Shown: in pieces, positions 41,497 through 51,738 of the stretch
How positions within the stretch are numbered: the first letter of the stretch is position 1
Layout of the letters: every line of letters starts with the position of its first letter
Assembly (NCBI GenBank): GCA_963727485.1
Contig: CAVSGM010000003.1
Span: 64,001-128,000 of the forward strand
Reading direction: 5' to 3'
DNA: 64,000 nucleotides
Origin: an uncultured delta proteobacterium
GTDB lineage: Bacteria > Myxococcota > Myxococcia > SLRQ01
Program-made: the position numbers and the translations under genes
Notes under the pieces: model-generated
Database searches by the model: none
Seen by the model: the letters and a program-made list of their open reading frames with translations, nothing else
What the model was told of the DNA's origin: nothing

Positions 41497-43680
41497 ATGG
41501 ATCTCGACACCGAGCTCAAGCAGCACTTCGGCTTCGACGCCTTCCGCCCCGGCCAGCGGGGGATCGTCGAGGCGGTCCTCTCGGGGCGCGAGGTCCTGGC
41601 GGTGATGCCCACCGGCGCCGGCAAGAGCCTGTGCTACCAGCTCCCGGCGACGATGCTCGAGGGGGTCACGGTGGTGGTCAGCCCGCTCATCGCCCTGATG
41701 CAGGACCAGGTGCAGTCCCTGACCGAGCGGGGCATCGAGGCCTGCTTCATCAACTCCAGCCTCGGCGCCGACGCCCAGCGCCAGCGCATCGAGGACATGA
41801 TCGACGGGCGCTGGCGGCTGGTCTACGTGGCCCCCGAGCGCTTCCGCCACAAGGCCTTTGTCGAGGCGCTGGGCAAGGCCAACCTCGCCCTCTTCGCGGT
41901 GGACGAGGCCCACTGCATCAGCGAGTGGGGCCACGACTTCCGCCCGGACTACGCGCGCCTCGGCGAGGTCCGCGGCTGGCTCGATCCCCCGCGCATCGCC
42001 GCCTTCACCGCCACCGCCACCCCCGAGGTCCGAGAGGACATCCTCCGGCAGCTCGGGTTCAAAGAGCCCGATGTCGAGGTCCACGGCTTCGACCGGCCCA
42101 ACCTCTGGTTCGGCGCCGAGCACCTCCGGGGGCTCAAGGAGAAGGCGGCCCGGGTCGAGGCGCACCTCGGCGCCATGCGCGAGGCCCACGGGGACGACGC
42201 CTCGGCCATCGTCTACTGCGCCACCCGGCGCCACGTGGAGAGCGTCGCCGAGCAGCTCACCGCCTCAGGCGAGCGGTGCCTCGCCTACCACGGGGGCATG
42301 GGCGCCGAGGCCCGCCGCAAGGTCCAGGAGACCTTCATGGGCGAGGGCGGGTGGACGGTGGCCGCCACCAACGCGTTTGGCATGGGCGTGGACAAGGCCG
42401 ACATCCGCCTGGTCCTCCACCACGACCTCCCCGGGACCCCCGAGGCCTACTACCAGGAGGCCGGGCGCGCCGGGCGCGACGGCGAGCCGGCGCGGGCGGT
42501 GCTCCTGTGGAGCAGCGGGGACCTGCGGCTCCACGAGCTGCTCATCGACGGCTCCACCCCGCCGCCGGAGGCGGTGACCCGGGTGTGGGACCGGCTCCGG
42601 GGGCGGCCCGGGGCGGTGCTCGCGGGGACCCTCAAGGAGCTCGCCGGCCGGGTGGGGCTCAACCAGGTGCCGGTGGAGTCGGCGCTCCGGCTCCTCGCCC
42701 GGGCGGGGCACCTGGCCACCGAGGACCTCGACGACGGGCGCGTGCGCATCCGCATGCGCACCCCCGAGGCCACCGTCGACGACCTCGACATCGACCTCGA
42801 GGCCCTCGGGCGCCAGGGGACGCTGGCCCGGGCGCGCCTGCGCCGGGTGGCCGACTACGCGGGCCGCGAGCTGTGCCGCCGGCGCACCCTCCTCGACTAC
42901 TTCGGCGACCCCGACGCCCCCGAGGACGGGGCGCTGTGCGACGGCTGCGACGTCTGCGACCGCGCCCGCATCCGGGGCACCGACGCCGCCGCCCTCGACG
43001 ACGACCTCGCCCGCACCCGGGCGGTGGGCGCCCTGTCCCTGGTGGCCGCCTTCGACGGCCGCTTCGGCCGGAGCAAGCTCGCCCTGGCGCTGGCCGGCAG
43101 CCGGGCCCAGTCGCTCGCCCGCACCTCGCTCGACGGCCACCCGGCCTTCGCCCTCCTCCAGGAGGCCGGGCAGGACACCGCGCGGACCCTCCTCGACCGG
43201 ATGGTCGCCGGGGGCTTCCTCGAGGTCATCGGTGACGAGTACCCGGTGATCCGCCTCGGCGACCGGGGCCGTGCGGTCCTCGGGGGCCGGGAGGCGCTGC
43301 CCACCGAGGTGCTGCTGGCCGCGGCCCCGCCGCCGTCGCTGTCGGTGGGGTGGGGCGCCAGCGCGGGGCGCGGCGGCGGCGCGCGCGCCGGGTCGGGCGG
43401 CGGCGGATCGCGCAGCGCCCGGACCCGCGCCGCCGACGACCCCGACCTCGCCCCGCGCGACGCGGCCGAGGCCGAGCTCGCCGACGCCCTGCGCACCCTG
43501 CGCACCCGGCTGGCCAAGGCCGCCGGTGTCCCGCCCTACGTGGTCTTCGCGGACAAGGACCTCTTTGCCCTCGTCCGCGCCCGGCCCACCGATGAAGCGA
43601 GCTTCCTCGCGGTCAAGGGCATGGGCCCCGGGCGCTACGAGAAGTGGGGCGCCGAGATCCTCGCGGTGTTCGCGGACTGA
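41497..43680 (+). CDS. recQ: ATP-dependent DNA helicase RecQ with RQC and HRDC domains
   Basis: PTGAGKSLCYQ, DEAHCISEWGHDFRP, QEAGRAGRDG, Zn-binding Cys residues and VPPYVVF HRDC motif. Confidence 0.95.
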   Translation: MDLDTELKQHFGFDAFRPGQRGIVEAVLSGREVLAVMPTGAGKSLCYQLPATMLEGVTVVVSPLIALMQDQVQSLTERGIEACFINSSLGADAQRQRIEDMIDGRWRLVYVAPERFRHKAFVEALGKANLALFAVDEAHCISEWGHDFRPDYARLGEVRGWLDPPRIAAFTATATPEVREDILRQLGFKEPDVEVHGFDRPNLWFGAEHLRGLKEKAARVEAHLGAMREAHGDDASAIVYCATRRHVESVAEQLTASGERCLAYHGGMGAEARRKVQETFMGEGGWTVAATNAFGMGVDKADIRLVLHHDLPGTPEAYYQEAGRAGRDGEPARAVLLWSSGDLRLHELLIDGSTPPPEAVTRVWDRLRGRPGAVLAGTLKELAGRVGLNQVPVESALRLLARAGHLATEDLDDGRVRIRMRTPEATVDDLDIDLEALGRQGTLARARLRRVADYAGRELCRRRTLLDYFGDPDAPEDGALCDGCDVCDRARIRGTDAAALDDDLARTRAVGALSLVAAFDGRFGRSKLALALAGSRAQSLARTSLDGHPAFALLQEAGQDTARTLLDRMVAGGFLEVIGDEYPVIRLGDRGRAVLGGREALPTEVLLAAAPPPSLSVGWGASAGRGGGARAGSGGGGSRSARTRAADDPDLAPRDAAEAELADALRTLRTRLAKAAGVPPYVVFADKDLFALVRARPTDEASFLAVKGMGPGRYEKWGAEILAVFAD

Positions 43681-43712
43681 GCACGTCGCCAGACCGCGAT
43701 GCGCGCCGGCGG

Positions 43713-44102
43713 CTACAGCGCCTTCACCCGCTCCCGCATGTGGGCGATCACCTCCGAGTGCTCACGCTGCGGGCTGAACATGATGAGCTCGGCGTCCGAG
43801 GTCACCTTCACGTTGTGCCCGGGGGGCCAGTAGAACAGGTCGTTCCCCCTGACCGTCTCCGTCTTCCCCCCCGCGTCCGTGGCGACCAGCTCCCTCCGGA
43901 CGACGAAGCCCCAGTGCGGACACTGGCAGAGGTCGCCCTCGAGCCCCTCGAACAGGGGCGTGGTGTCGACGCCGGCGGCGAGCGAGAAGTACTCGCCGCC
44001 GATCCGGCCCAGTCCGGTCGCGTCGCCGAAGTCCGTGTGCTGCCGGATCACGGCGCCCGGAATCTCCATCTGCACCTCGACGTCGCTTTTGGCTACGTGC
44101 AT
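43713..44102 (-). CDS. Cupin-domain protein
   Basis: CQCPHWGFV and FYWPPGH motifs. Confidence 0.8.
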   Translation of the reverse strand: MHVAKSDVEVQMEIPGAVIRQHTDFGDATGLGRIGGEYFSLAAGVDTTPLFEGLEGDLCQCPHWGFVVRRELVATDAGGKTETVRGNDLFYWPPGHNVKVTSDAELIMFSPQREHSEVIAHMRERVKAL

Positions 44103-44279
44103 CGGACTACATCCCCCGTGGAGGGGCGGGAGTTCACCCCGCCCGTTGCGAAGGCCGAAGGATTCGGCCGGTCCCGACGTGGGCAGGTGCGCTCGAGGGG
44201 CAACGGACGGTTGACCCCCCACAGCCAGCGGCTTAGCCCAGGTAGACGGGCGGGGACCGGTGGATGCGCACCGCCTCGC

Positions 44280-45143
44280 TCACGGGGTGAACTGCACGCC
44301 GCTGTAGAGCGACTCCTGGTACGGCATCGCCGAGATGGCAAAGGGTGCCTGGGGGTCCTGGCCCGGCGACTGCATCGCGATGACGGTGGCGTAGCAGGTC
44401 TTCCCTGCGTGGAGGATCCCTGGCGGCACCGGGAAGGTGGTGGAGGGCGTGTACGCCTCGAGCACCATGCCGGTGCTCGACTCGTAGAGGGAGACCAGGT
44501 ACTCGTCCGGCGTACCGAGGGCCGGCGCCGTCCAGGAGAGCTCGGGGGTGGTGGTCGCGCCGCTGACCGCGTTCAAGGCGTCGACGCCGTTGACCTGCAG
44601 GTCGCGGATGGGCCCGAGGCCGGGGGTGACGGGGGCGCTGAAGAGGTCGGCTTGCGACCCGCTGCGGGTGACCCCGAGGATGAGATTGCCACCCTGACCA
44701 TTGCTGCCGGTCACCTGGAGGTTGGTGCCGGCCTCGACATACCCCAGCAGGTCGTAGGCGCCCCCGAAGGCATCCTCGTAGGCGAGCGCGTCGAGGGAGA
44801 TGGAACCGGTGCCGTCCGGAGCCTTCGCCTGGAGGACGGCGCCACCGAGTGCAGCGAAGCCGAAGGGTGGCGGCGCCAGGACCGGGGCGAGAATCGCCGA
44901 GGGGCTGGTGGACGTCAGCGGCGTCGCGCCCGCCGGGGCGCCGTCGAGCAGCGCGCTGGCGAAGGCATCGCGATCGACGGTCACCGACAGGGTCCCGGCG
45001 GCGCTGGCGCCCAGCGGGGACAGGGCCACCTGGAGCTGGTCGGCCTGCCCGTCGACCATGGTGAGGTTGGGAACCGGAGCGGCGGCCACGGGGCTGGTGA
45101 CCTTGGCGCCGTCGCTCCGGGCGACGGTCCGGACCTGCACCAC
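44280..45143 (-). pseudogene. N-terminally truncated paralog of the C-terminal half of the adjacent lipoprotein
   Basis: Aligns by eye to 45232-47160 (LAYEDAF vs LSYEDPY, VNG..TP.L/I.WT.P, PPGIL vs PQGIL, SGV.F.P); no signal peptide. Confidence 0.5.
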
Positions 45144-45231
45144 TTCGCCGCCGGCGAATGAGGGGCCGGCCGGGACCCGTGCCTCCTTGCCTGACGTCGC
45201 ACCGTCTACCGGCCCCGTCGTCGCCCCAGCC

Positions 45232-47160
45232 CTACGGCTGGATCGGCGGGAAGTTCACCCCGCTGCGGTAGAGCTCGAGGCCCACCGGCGAGCGCAGGTG
45301 GCTGGGGTCCGCACCGGCGCCCCCGTAGGCATCGACGGTCACGCTGTAGTAGGTCCCCGGCGCCAGGATCCCCTGGGGGATCCGCATCTCCGGATCCTGG
45401 GTGTAGAGCCAGGCGAGGATGTTGAGGGGGGCGTCCTTCGTGGCGATCGACACCGCGTAGTAGGCAGGGGTGGCGCCGGTGGTGGGCGGCGTCCAGGTGA
45501 TCTGCGGGGTCACGCCCACGGAGGTGAGGACCGCGCCGGTCTGCTGTCCGTTGACCCGGATGTTCGCGACCGCGCCGATCTTGGGGATGATGGCGGCGGT
45601 GCCGGCCTCGGCCAGCGACAGGGTCCCCTGGTAGGACACGTGGGTGTAGTAGTTGAACAACGGCGTGGTGCCGGGCTGGTAGTTCGCCCGGGTGTAGGTG
45701 AAGCTGCACCAGAAGCGCCGGTGCCAGCCGGCCGGGTAGGGGTCCTCGTAGCTCAGGTTCCCGAAGTCCAGGTTGGGGGTGGTGTCGCCGATGGAGGCGG
45801 ACCACACCATCGCCGGGTGGGCCACGAAGGGCGAGGCCATCGGGTCGGCCTGGATGGTCACCGAGCCCTGCCACTCGTGGAGGCTGTCGGGGTCGGAGGG
45901 CGCCGGGACCGTGTCGAACCAGGCCTGGAGCCCGGTGCCATCGATGGACAGGGGCAGGGAGTGGGCGTGGGGCGCGCCCAGGGCCGACATGGCCACCGAG
46001 GTGGTGGTGCTGCTGCCGCTGGCCAGGGCGACCGAGCTCACCGTCCCGGTGCTGGCCATCTGGTAGTCGTAGCGGTTCGTCCCGCGAACCCCGTGGACCT
46101 GGACCAGCCTTGCGGTGTCCGAGCTGGTGAGCAGCGGCTGGTTCTTGAAGTTGAAGGTGGCGTCGCAGCTGGTGGCACCAGAGGTGCTGGGGCCGGTGCC
46201 ACTGTAGAGCTTGGTGATCCCCAGGGTGGGCGCCATGAGGCCGATCCCATCCAGGTTCTGGGTCCACGCCGCCAGCCCGGTGACGTGGGCCACCAGCTGG
46301 GTGTTGTTGGCGCCGGTGGCCAACCCGGGCCGCACCTCGGTGAAGGTGGTGAGGTCCAGGGTGGCGTCGTGGCTGGAGAAGGTGAGGTTGTCGGGGGGCA
46401 GGGTGTAGCGGAGGGTGTAGCTCGGCGACGGCGGCACCCCGGTGGCCCGGATCACGCCCTGGAGGTCCCCGGTGGCGGGGTAGAGGTCGAGGCCGTGGGT
46501 GGCGTTGGGGACGTAGGCGGCCACCATCGCCGAACGGAGGTCGGTGGCCACCGGCGTCCCGCCGCTGGGCGTGTCGTGGATCGTCGCCACCAGCCCGTAG
46601 ACGGTGACGGTGTCGTGGCCGTCGGTGGTCGCGACGAAGCCCGAGCCCAGGCGCACCACCCCGAAGCGCACCTGGCCGCCGGCGACGGTGGCGCCGAGGC
46701 GCTCGAAGCCGGTGCCGGCCGGGTCGGACCAGTAGGCGGCGGCGGTGCCGGCGTCGCCGACCAGGGGCAGGGAGACGGTCACCGGCCGGGTGATCGCCGT
46801 GGCCGCCGGGCCCAGCTGCCAGGTGCGCGCCGTCGAGGTGAACCCGCTCGGCGGCGCGTCCAGGGTGTGGGTCAGGGTGATCTGGGTGTCGGCGGCGAGC
46901 GCCCCCACCGGGAAGGTCACCGTGGCGCCGTCGAGGGTGATCGTGCCCCCGTCGAAGCCGATGGTCTGGGTGGCCTGGGTCTGGGTGGGCCCGGTGCCCC
47001 CGTCGCCCGCGCCGCCGTCGGTGCCGCCGGTGCTCCCGCCATCGGTGCTCCCGCCATCGGTGGTGCCACCGCCATCCGGGTGCCCGCCGGCGGGGCTGGA
47101 GCCGCACGCGGCGGCGAAAAGGGCGATACCGAGGATCACGAGCCAGGGCTTCAGGCGCAT
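45232..47160 (-). CDS. Secreted lipoprotein with a ZU5-like N-terminal domain and an FN3-like C-terminus
   Basis: Lipobox AAAC, DGGST linker repeats and IGFDGGTITLDGATVTFPVGAL. Confidence 0.75.
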   Translation of the reverse strand: MRLKPWLVILGIALFAAACGSSPAGGHPDGGGTTDGGSTDGGSTGGTDGGAGDGGTGPTQTQATQTIGFDGGTITLDGATVTFPVGALAADTQITLTHTLDAPPSGFTSTARTWQLGPAATAITRPVTVSLPLVGDAGTAAAYWSDPAGTGFERLGATVAGGQVRFGVVRLGSGFVATTDGHDTVTVYGLVATIHDTPSGGTPVATDLRSAMVAAYVPNATHGLDLYPATGDLQGVIRATGVPPSPSYTLRYTLPPDNLTFSSHDATLDLTTFTEVRPGLATGANNTQLVAHVTGLAAWTQNLDGIGLMAPTLGITKLYSGTGPSTSGATSCDATFNFKNQPLLTSSDTARLVQVHGVRGTNRYDYQMASTGTVSSVALASGSSTTTSVAMSALGAPHAHSLPLSIDGTGLQAWFDTVPAPSDPDSLHEWQGSVTIQADPMASPFVAHPAMVWSASIGDTTPNLDFGNLSYEDPYPAGWHRRFWCSFTYTRANYQPGTTPLFNYYTHVSYQGTLSLAEAGTAAIIPKIGAVANIRVNGQQTGAVLTSVGVTPQITWTPPTTGATPAYYAVSIATKDAPLNILAWLYTQDPEMRIPQGILAPGTYYSVTVDAYGGAGADPSHLRSPVGLELYRSGVNFPPIQP

Positions 47161-47359
47161 CTTGCGTCTCCGGGGGTCGTCGGCGGGGCCAAGGGACGAC
47201 GTCGCCGGGTCCCGCCGGTGGCGCACCTCCGCCGACCGACCGTCCCCGACCTCCGCGCCTCCCGCGTGGGTGGACGCCGGCCACCTCAGCCGGCACAGAC
47301 CGAAGCGTGCCAGCCCGCGCCAACCGCGGTCAATACGACTCCCCCGGTCTGGGGAGGCG

Positions 47360-50300
47360 CTAGGAGCCCAGGCTCGCCAGCAGCTTCCTGGCCTCGCGCG
47401 CGTGGTGCCCGCGGGGCGCCAGCTTCAGGTACGCCTCCAGGGCGGCCTTGGCGTCGGCGGCGTCCTTGAGGTCCGCGAGCACCTGTCCCAGGGCGAAGCG
47501 CGCCGAGGCCCGGCCCGGGTCGAGCTGGACCGCCTTCTCGAGATGCGCCCGGGCGACGGCGGTCTTCCCCTCGGCGACGAGGATCTGGGCCACCAGCTCC
47601 CGGTTCTCGGCGGTGTCCTCGGTCTTCACCGCCCGCCAGGCGGCGGACTGGGCCTTCGCCAGCGCCGGCTTCCGGGGGACGGTCTGCCACGCCTGGGCCA
47701 CGTCGCGCCAGGCGCCGGCGGCGTCGTGGGTCCGCCCCGCGTGGGCCAGGCGGTAGGCGGCGGTCTGGAGCGTGGGCACCGCCTTGCGATCCTTGAGGAT
47801 CATCAGCGCCCGGCCGTAGGCCCACTCGCCCCGGGCGTGGCCGTGGTCCTGGTCGAGGGCCTCCTTGGCGTACTTCTCGGCGCGCTTGGCGTTCCCCCGG
47901 CTCGGCCGCCCGAGGTAGGCCATGGCGAGGTCGGCGAGGACGTCGGCGTCGTCGGGGGCCAGGCGCTGGGCCCGCAGGAGCGCCCGCACCGCGCCCCGGC
48001 TGTGGCCCAAGGCCAGGAGCACGTCCCCGAGGACCTGCTCGTTCTTGGCGTCCGAGCGGTCGAGGTGCCGGGCCTTGAGGGCGTGCTTCTCGGCGTCGTC
48101 GAGCTTCCCCTGGGCCAAAAGCGCCCGGGCGAGACCCCGGTGGGCGCTCGCGTCCCGGGGGTGGTCGGCGAGGACCTTGTGGAACGCGTCGGCGGCGGGG
48201 TCGGCCTCCGACCGGGCCAGGTGCGCCTGCCCCAGCCCCACCAGCCCCTCGGCGTAGTAGCCGTCGAGGGCCACCGCCTTCCCCAGGTCCTTGAGGGCGA
48301 GGTCCGAGCGGCCCCGGGCGAGCTCGGCGAGGCCGAGGTCGGCAAGCGCCCGGTAGTCCTTCGAGTCGTAGGAGAGCGCCCGGGCGAGGTCCCGGCGACC
48401 GTGGCGGTCATCCTTGCTCGCCAGGGCCACCCGCCCCAGCGCCCACCACACCAGGGGGTCGTGGCGGCGCACCCGGGCGGCCTTGTTGAGCACCGCCTGG
48501 GCCCGGGCGGGATCCCCGGCGCCGGCGTCGGTGAGGGCCAGGTAGATCGCCGCCTCGGCGGGCATCTTCCCGTCCTTGGTCTTGGTGGCGTCGAGGGCCC
48601 GGCGGGCGCCCCGCCAGTCCCCGGCGAAGTAGTCGGCCATGCCCCGGAGCAGCGCCGTCTGCTCGTCGGGGTGGCGCACCGCGGCCAGGCGCGTCCCCGC
48701 GTCGTGGTAGCGGCTCCAGGCGAGGAGGATGCGCCCCTCGAGCAGGTGGAGCTTCCCGTCGTGGGGGGCGCGCTCGAGCGCCGCGTCCACCGCCGTGAGG
48801 GCCCCGGGCAGCTCGAAGTGCGCGAAGTGGATCCGCGCCAGGGTCGCGGCGATCTCCGGGCGGTCGGGCTGGGCCGCCATCGCCTGCTTGAGCCGCGCCA
48901 CCGCCTGGTCGTGCTGGCCCTTCTTCTCCAGGAGCCTTCCTGCGAGGACCGCCAGCTTCGCCCGGGTGTCGGGGACCAGGTGGGCCTTCTGCTCGGTGCC
49001 CACCAGCTTGACGATCCCCAGCGCCCCGTCGAGGTCGCGGCCGAGCTCGAGCTTGGCCTCGGCGGCGGCGAGCTGGGCCCGGACGTGGTCGGGGACCATC
49101 TCCCGGACCTTGTCGAAGTACCCGGAGAGCGCCTGGTCCCACTGGCCCTGGCCGGCGAGGTAGTCGCCCACCGCCATCAGGGTGCGCACCAGCACCGTGT
49201 TGTGGTCGAGGGCCGCCTGGAAGCGCTCGGTGGCGGCCTTGGCCTTCCCCTGGTCGAGGAGGGTGAGCCCGGCGAGGTACTGGAGCAGGCCGCTGTCCTT
49301 GCGCCTGGCCACCGCCGCGAGGATGTCGGCGCCCACCTGCTTGCGGGCGTCGCCGGCGGTCAGGTGGTAGCGGGCGTCGAGGACGGCGTCGGGGTCGGCG
49401 GCGACCACCTTGGGGTCCTCGAGGAGCGCCTCGGCCTCGGCCCGGTGCTTGGGATCGTGGTCGAGGTCCGCGTAGAGCAGGGCGTCGGCCTCGGCCTCGA
49501 GGGCCTTGGCCTCGGCGTTGTTCGAGTCGAGGTCGAGGACCCGGCCCAGGGCCCCGAGGGCCGCGGTGTAGCTGGCGTCGGTGTCCCGGGCGATGCCGTT
49601 GCGCGCGGCGATGAGGCCCTGCTTCACCGCGTCCTTGCGGTTGGCCCGCCGGGCGTAGACCAGGGCCACCCCGGCGGTCCCCAGCGCCAGCACCACCGCC
49701 CCGCCGATGGCGAGGAGCTTGCCGTGGCGCTGGAGGAAGGTGCGCGGCGGCGCGCCCCCGGGCATCATCTTCTCCCGGAGCTCGCGCTCGTAGCGGGCGG
49801 CGATGACCTGGGCGGTCTCCTCGCCGGCGGGCGCCACCACCACCTTGGGCTCGGCGCGGGTGGGGGCCGCCTGGGGATCCGGGGGCAGCTCGAGGCCGAA
49901 GAGCTCGGTGGCCGGCTTCGGGGGGGCGCCCTTCCGGGGCATGGGCGGGGGCACCGGGGGCGGCCCGCTCATGATGGTGGGGTCGTTGGGGCCCGGGCCC
50001 CCGGGCTCCACCCCCCGGCGCCGGGGGGCGGACGGGGGCGGGGCCGGGACGTCGGGGATCGGCGCGTCGGGATCCCAGGGGTCGGCCCCGGGCGCCAGGG
50101 CCTCGGACTGCGCCAGGGCGGCGTGGAGGTCGGAGCCGGCGGCGCCGAGGGCGTCGAAGGTGGCGGTCATCCCCGGGAGGACCGCCTCGTCGTCGGTGCC
50201 CCCGCCGGCGGCGGCGAAGGGATCGGCGAGGGGCGCGCCCCCGGGCTCGGCGGCGGCGGCCCAGTCGGTGGCGGGGTCGGCGGCCAGCGGCGGGGCGTTG

Positions 50301-51043
50301 CCGTCGATGGGGGCGTCGTCGAGGGCCGCGGTGGGGGCGGTGTCGTCGCTCTGGGGCAGGGCGGCGATGGCGAGCTGGGTCGGGGCGTCCGGGTCCGAGG
50401 GGCCGGTGGAGGCGGCGGCGACCTGGTCGAAGGCGGCGTCGAGGGCCGACTCCACGGTGGACGCGCCGGGATCCGCAGCGGCCAGGGCGCCGTCCGGGGA
50501 CGGGCCGGCGTCCGGGGGATCGCCGAAGGCGAAGCCCGCGCCGGGGGCGGCCGGGGGCAGGGGCAGGTCGCCGCCATCGGGCTCGGCGCCGAGGGCCGGG
50601 CGGACCACGGTGGGCTCCGCCTCGTTCTCCTGGGTCTCCCCGCCGGTGGCGCGCTCTGCCTGGTCGAGCCACCCGCGGACCCGGGCGTCGCCGGGCTGGA
50701 GGCTCACCGCCCGCCGGAGGATGGGCAGGGCCGAGCGGTAGAGCTGCTGCTTGAGCAGCACCTCGCCGATGAGGTTGTAGGCGTAGGGGTTGTCCGGGTC
50801 GAGGGCGACGGCCTCGTCGAACTGGTCGAGGGCCGAGCCGGGATCGCCGAGGCCGATGAGCGCCCGTCCCCAGAGGACGTGGCCCACGATGGACTCGGGG
50901 TGGTGGTCGAGCCCCTGCCGGCAGGTCTCGATGGCCTCCTGGAAGGCGCCCTCGTCGAGCAGCGCCCGGGCGAGCTCCACGAACACCATGGAGCCCGGGT
51001 CGGCCTGGAGGATGAGACGATACTTCTCGATCTTCTTCGCCAT
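47360..51043 (-). CDS. Large tetratricopeptide-repeat membrane protein
   Basis: N-terminal TPRs, acidic Ala/Pro linker, one TM helix (LLAIGGAVVLALGTAGVALVY) and many C-terminal TPRs. Confidence 0.85.
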   Translation of the reverse strand: MAKKIEKYRLILQADPGSMVFVELARALLDEGAFQEAIETCRQGLDHHPESIVGHVLWGRALIGLGDPGSALDQFDEAVALDPDNPYAYNLIGEVLLKQQLYRSALPILRRAVSLQPGDARVRGWLDQAERATGGETQENEAEPTVVRPALGAEPDGGDLPLPPAAPGAGFAFGDPPDAGPSPDGALAAADPGASTVESALDAAFDQVAAASTGPSDPDAPTQLAIAALPQSDDTAPTAALDDAPIDGNAPPLAADPATDWAAAAEPGGAPLADPFAAAGGGTDDEAVLPGMTATFDALGAAGSDLHAALAQSEALAPGADPWDPDAPIPDVPAPPPSAPRRRGVEPGGPGPNDPTIMSGPPPVPPPMPRKGAPPKPATELFGLELPPDPQAAPTRAEPKVVVAPAGEETAQVIAARYERELREKMMPGGAPPRTFLQRHGKLLAIGGAVVLALGTAGVALVYARRANRKDAVKQGLIAARNGIARDTDASYTAALGALGRVLDLDSNNAEAKALEAEADALLYADLDHDPKHRAEAEALLEDPKVVAADPDAVLDARYHLTAGDARKQVGADILAAVARRKDSGLLQYLAGLTLLDQGKAKAATERFQAALDHNTVLVRTLMAVGDYLAGQGQWDQALSGYFDKVREMVPDHVRAQLAAAEAKLELGRDLDGALGIVKLVGTEQKAHLVPDTRAKLAVLAGRLLEKKGQHDQAVARLKQAMAAQPDRPEIAATLARIHFAHFELPGALTAVDAALERAPHDGKLHLLEGRILLAWSRYHDAGTRLAAVRHPDEQTALLRGMADYFAGDWRGARRALDATKTKDGKMPAEAAIYLALTDAGAGDPARAQAVLNKAARVRRHDPLVWWALGRVALASKDDRHGRRDLARALSYDSKDYRALADLGLAELARGRSDLALKDLGKAVALDGYYAEGLVGLGQAHLARSEADPAADAFHKVLADHPRDASAHRGLARALLAQGKLDDAEKHALKARHLDRSDAKNEQVLGDVLLALGHSRGAVRALLRAQRLAPDDADVLADLAMAYLGRPSRGNAKRAEKYAKEALDQDHGHARGEWAYGRALMILKDRKAVPTLQTAAYRLAHAGRTHDAAGAWRDVAQAWQTVPRKPALAKAQSAAWRAVKTEDTAENRELVAQILVAEGKTAVARAHLEKAVQLDPGRASARFALGQVLADLKDAADAKAALEAYLKLAPRGHHAREARKLLASLGS

Positions 51044-51276
51044 GACACCCGGGGGCTGGGCCGCTCGGTGCGGCCAGAAATCGGGATGCTAGCACGGGGT
51101 CTTGACCGGCTCCAAGGCGTGTCGGACCCTCGTGGTAGAAGGGCGGCCGAAGTGCTACCGTGCCTCTCTTCACAGGGGTGCGATCACCCCCCGCCCTTCC
51201 ACGGCCAGCGGCGGGGCGGCATCGGGACGGCCGTCACCGGGCGAGTGCCCGGCACGATACGCAAAGAGGAGCGACC

Positions 51277-51738
51277 ATGGCAGGGAGCGTGAACAAGGCC
51301 ATCGTCATCGGGAACCTCGGGCGAGACCCCGAGGTCCGCTACACCCCCGGTGGCCAGGCCGTCTGCAACTTCACCGTCGCCACCAACGAGCAGTGGAAGG
51401 ACAAGAGCGGCGAGAAGCAGGAGCGCACCGAGTGGCACCGCATCGTCGTCTGGGGACGGCAGGCGGAGCTGTGCGGCGAGTACCTCGCCAAGGGGCGCAC
51501 CGTCTACGTCGAGGGTCGGCTCCAGACCCGCGAGTGGACCAACCGTGAGGGTCAGAAGCAGTACACCACCGAGATCGTCGCCCAGGCGGTCCAGTTCCTC
51601 GACAAGGCCGGCGGTGGCGGTGGCGGCGGGAGCCGGGGCGGCGGCGGCGGCGGTGGTGGCGGCGGTGGGCGCGACGACTTCGGGCCGCCCCCTCCGGGCT
51701 TCGACGACCAGGGCGGTAACGACGACATCCCCTTCTAG
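51277..51738 (+). CDS. ssb: Single-stranded DNA-binding protein
   Basis: [28 protein letters not shown] and Gly-rich tail ending DDIPF. Confidence 0.97.
   Translation: MAGSVNKAIVIGNLGRDPEVRYTPGGQAVCNFTVATNEQWKDKSGEKQERTEWHRIVVWGRQAELCGEYLAKGRTVYVEGRLQTREWTNREGQKQYTTEIVAQAVQFLDKAGGGGGGGSRGGGGGGGGGGGRDDFGPPPPGFDDQGGNDDIPF

Noticed and set aside
47338..47356. Hairpin CTCCCC-N-GGGGAG after the TPR gene as a terminator
   Set aside because: The stem is short with no U-tract, and such stems are common by chance at this GC content.
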